From the IMG/VR virus record IMGVR_UViG_3300017917_004576, positions 32,001 to 96,000 of that record: a stretch of 64,000 nt of DNA; one strand, 5' to 3'. The notes below the pieces were generated by a model that did no database searches, had not been told where the DNA came from, and worked only from the letters and a program-made list of their open reading frames with translations. The position numbers and the translations under genes were made by a program. This stretch comes from a virus. Of this stretch, positions 62,989 to 64,000 are shown in pieces. Numbering within the stretch: the first letter of the stretch is position 1; every line of letters starts with the position of its first letter.

Positions 62989-64000
62989 ACTGATCCTGGT
63001 GCTTTGTAAGATCCAAAAGAATGATTCGGGTGTTTGTACATACTCATTGTAGCATCGATCCCGTAAAGTTCAAGGTCGTGCTTGACTTGTTCGCACTTTG
63101 TCATGACAGATCCTTTTTGACATATTTGTCCATCTCTATACTCCTGCAAAGGTTCTATATTAGTATTCTCAAAAGTGGTTTTACCAAAATGACATAATTT
63201 ATTACACATCCATGTTTTATTAAGTTTAGGTCGTTTTGTTTTCTTAATAATATCAAATTTTTCTCTTAGCATATTCTCTGTATCTATTAAATCACTATCG
63301 TGAAATACCATAGAAAAAGGACCACCATCATTAATAAAGTAGATAGAAAAAATTACATTTTCAATATGCGGATATAATTTTTTAATAGCATAGTGATAAA
63401 TTTTGAGTTGTGGATCTTTCTCTAACTTTTCTTGGGTTTTTTCTTGACCGGTTGCCCAATCTAGTCTTCGTCCAGTATTATGTGTTGGAATATAATTTTC
63501 TGTACACAGATAAGTATTGTCTGGACTGTCTACGGAAATGCATTGAGTTTTTTGTATAATCGATTCTTCTATTTTAGAAACTCGTCTAACCCTAGATCTT
63601 CCAGATCCCCAATTTACATCCACAAGTTCTTTTTTCCTGTTCAATAGAAAAGGATTAATATCAATTGGACGAAACGAAATAGGATATATGATTATGTTTT
63701 TTTTGTAATTTGTATCTCTTTTAATACACGCTTGATTCGGTCTTTGCCCAAGGGTTAAAAGTAGGTCTTTAACATCGTCGGATAGTTTTTTATTACAAGA
63801 AGTAAAGATGGTTTGTTTTCTAATTGGATTTACATTTCCGTCTGTATCCATCAAACCCCTTAGTAAGTCTAGTCTTTGTTGAAAAGATGCTCTCAAATAA
63901 ATTTTTGGTATATGTTTATTATTCAATAGCTTTAAAGATTTTAGTATTTTTGTCACATTTAGGATCGATACTGTCTTATTTTTTGATCTTTTATCATTTT
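62985..64000 (-). CDS. Intein-containing PD-(D/E)xK (Cas4/RecB/AddB-like) exonuclease, 5'-truncated by the window
   Basis: Frame is open to the window edge. The C-extein begins TGRRLDW and contains DPQLKIYHYA (QLxxY) and WMCNKLCHF...C. Confidence 0.7.
   Translation of the reverse strand, partial: NDKRSKNKTVSILNVTKILKSLKLLNNKHIPKIYLRASFQQRLDLLRGLMDTDGNVNPIRKQTIFTSCNKKLSDDVKDLLLTLGQRPNQACIKRDTNYKKNIIIYPISFRPIDINPFLLNRKKELVDVNWGSGRSRVRRVSKIEESIIQKTQCISVDSPDNTYLCTENYIPTHNTGRRLDWATGQEKTQEKLEKDPQLKIYHYAIKKLYPHIENVIFSIYFINDGGPFSMVFHDSDLIDTENMLREKFDIIKKTKRPKLNKTWMCNKLCHFGKTTFENTNIEPLQEYRDGQICQKGSVMTKCEQVKHDLELYGIDATMSMYKHPNHSFGSYKAPGSV
63477..64000 (-). mobile_element. Intein (C-terminal part) with LAGLIDADG endonuclease
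   Basis: Block E LLRGLMDTDG, block F TQCISVDSPDNTYL, block G IPTHN followed by Thr (+1) at 63476-63474. Confidence 0.9.

Noticed and set aside
62985-63476. CRISPR-Cas adaptation module (Cas4)
   Set aside because: No cas1/cas2 or array is present. Stand-alone Cas4/RecB-like nucleases are common in phage replication modules.
1-64000. Stop-codon reassignment (alternative genetic code)
   Set aside because: Standard-code ORFs tile both arms almost completely, including 2000-5500-aa genes, and TAA, TAG and TGA all end genes. The dnaE breaks contain whole intervening genes, not single in-frame stops.
1-64000. tRNA, rRNA or structured ncRNA genes
   Set aside because: Intergenic gaps are under about 100 nt and show no cloverleaf or T-loop (GTTCRA) context that I can support.

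Overview
This is a 64-kb, AT-rich, gene-dense segment of a large (probably jumbo) tailed dsDNA phage, read in the standard genetic code. Bases 1-48791 (+ strand) form a tail morphogenesis module: a putative tail terminator, tail tube, chaperone-like genes, a 5586-aa tape-measure protein (TMP), several fibre/adhesin-like genes and two very large tail-tip proteins. Bases 48792-64000 (- strand) form a replication/recombination and glycosylation module: an intein-containing Cas4/RecB-like nuclease, DNA polymerase III alpha (DnaE) in three ORFs, a DnaQ exonuclease, SSB, a glycosyltransferase cluster, a DUF559-like endonuclease and a Rad52/Sak-like annealing protein. Four things stand out. (1) The TMP looks like a polyvalent protein in which repeated F/Y-A-x-G-G and GTDTVPAMLTPGEFV motifs delimit enzyme-like cargo (PD-(D/E)xK nuclease, HAD, HExxH peptidase, GNAT). 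(2) DnaE is split through its active site by a free-standing LAGLIDADG endonuclease, with no visible intron or intein. (3) A circularly permuted FGE/CLec domain is inserted in a tail fibre. (4) A candidate phage-specific GGTGTAT promoter motif recurs upstream of genes. All domain calls come from motif recognition by eye; no database searches were run.
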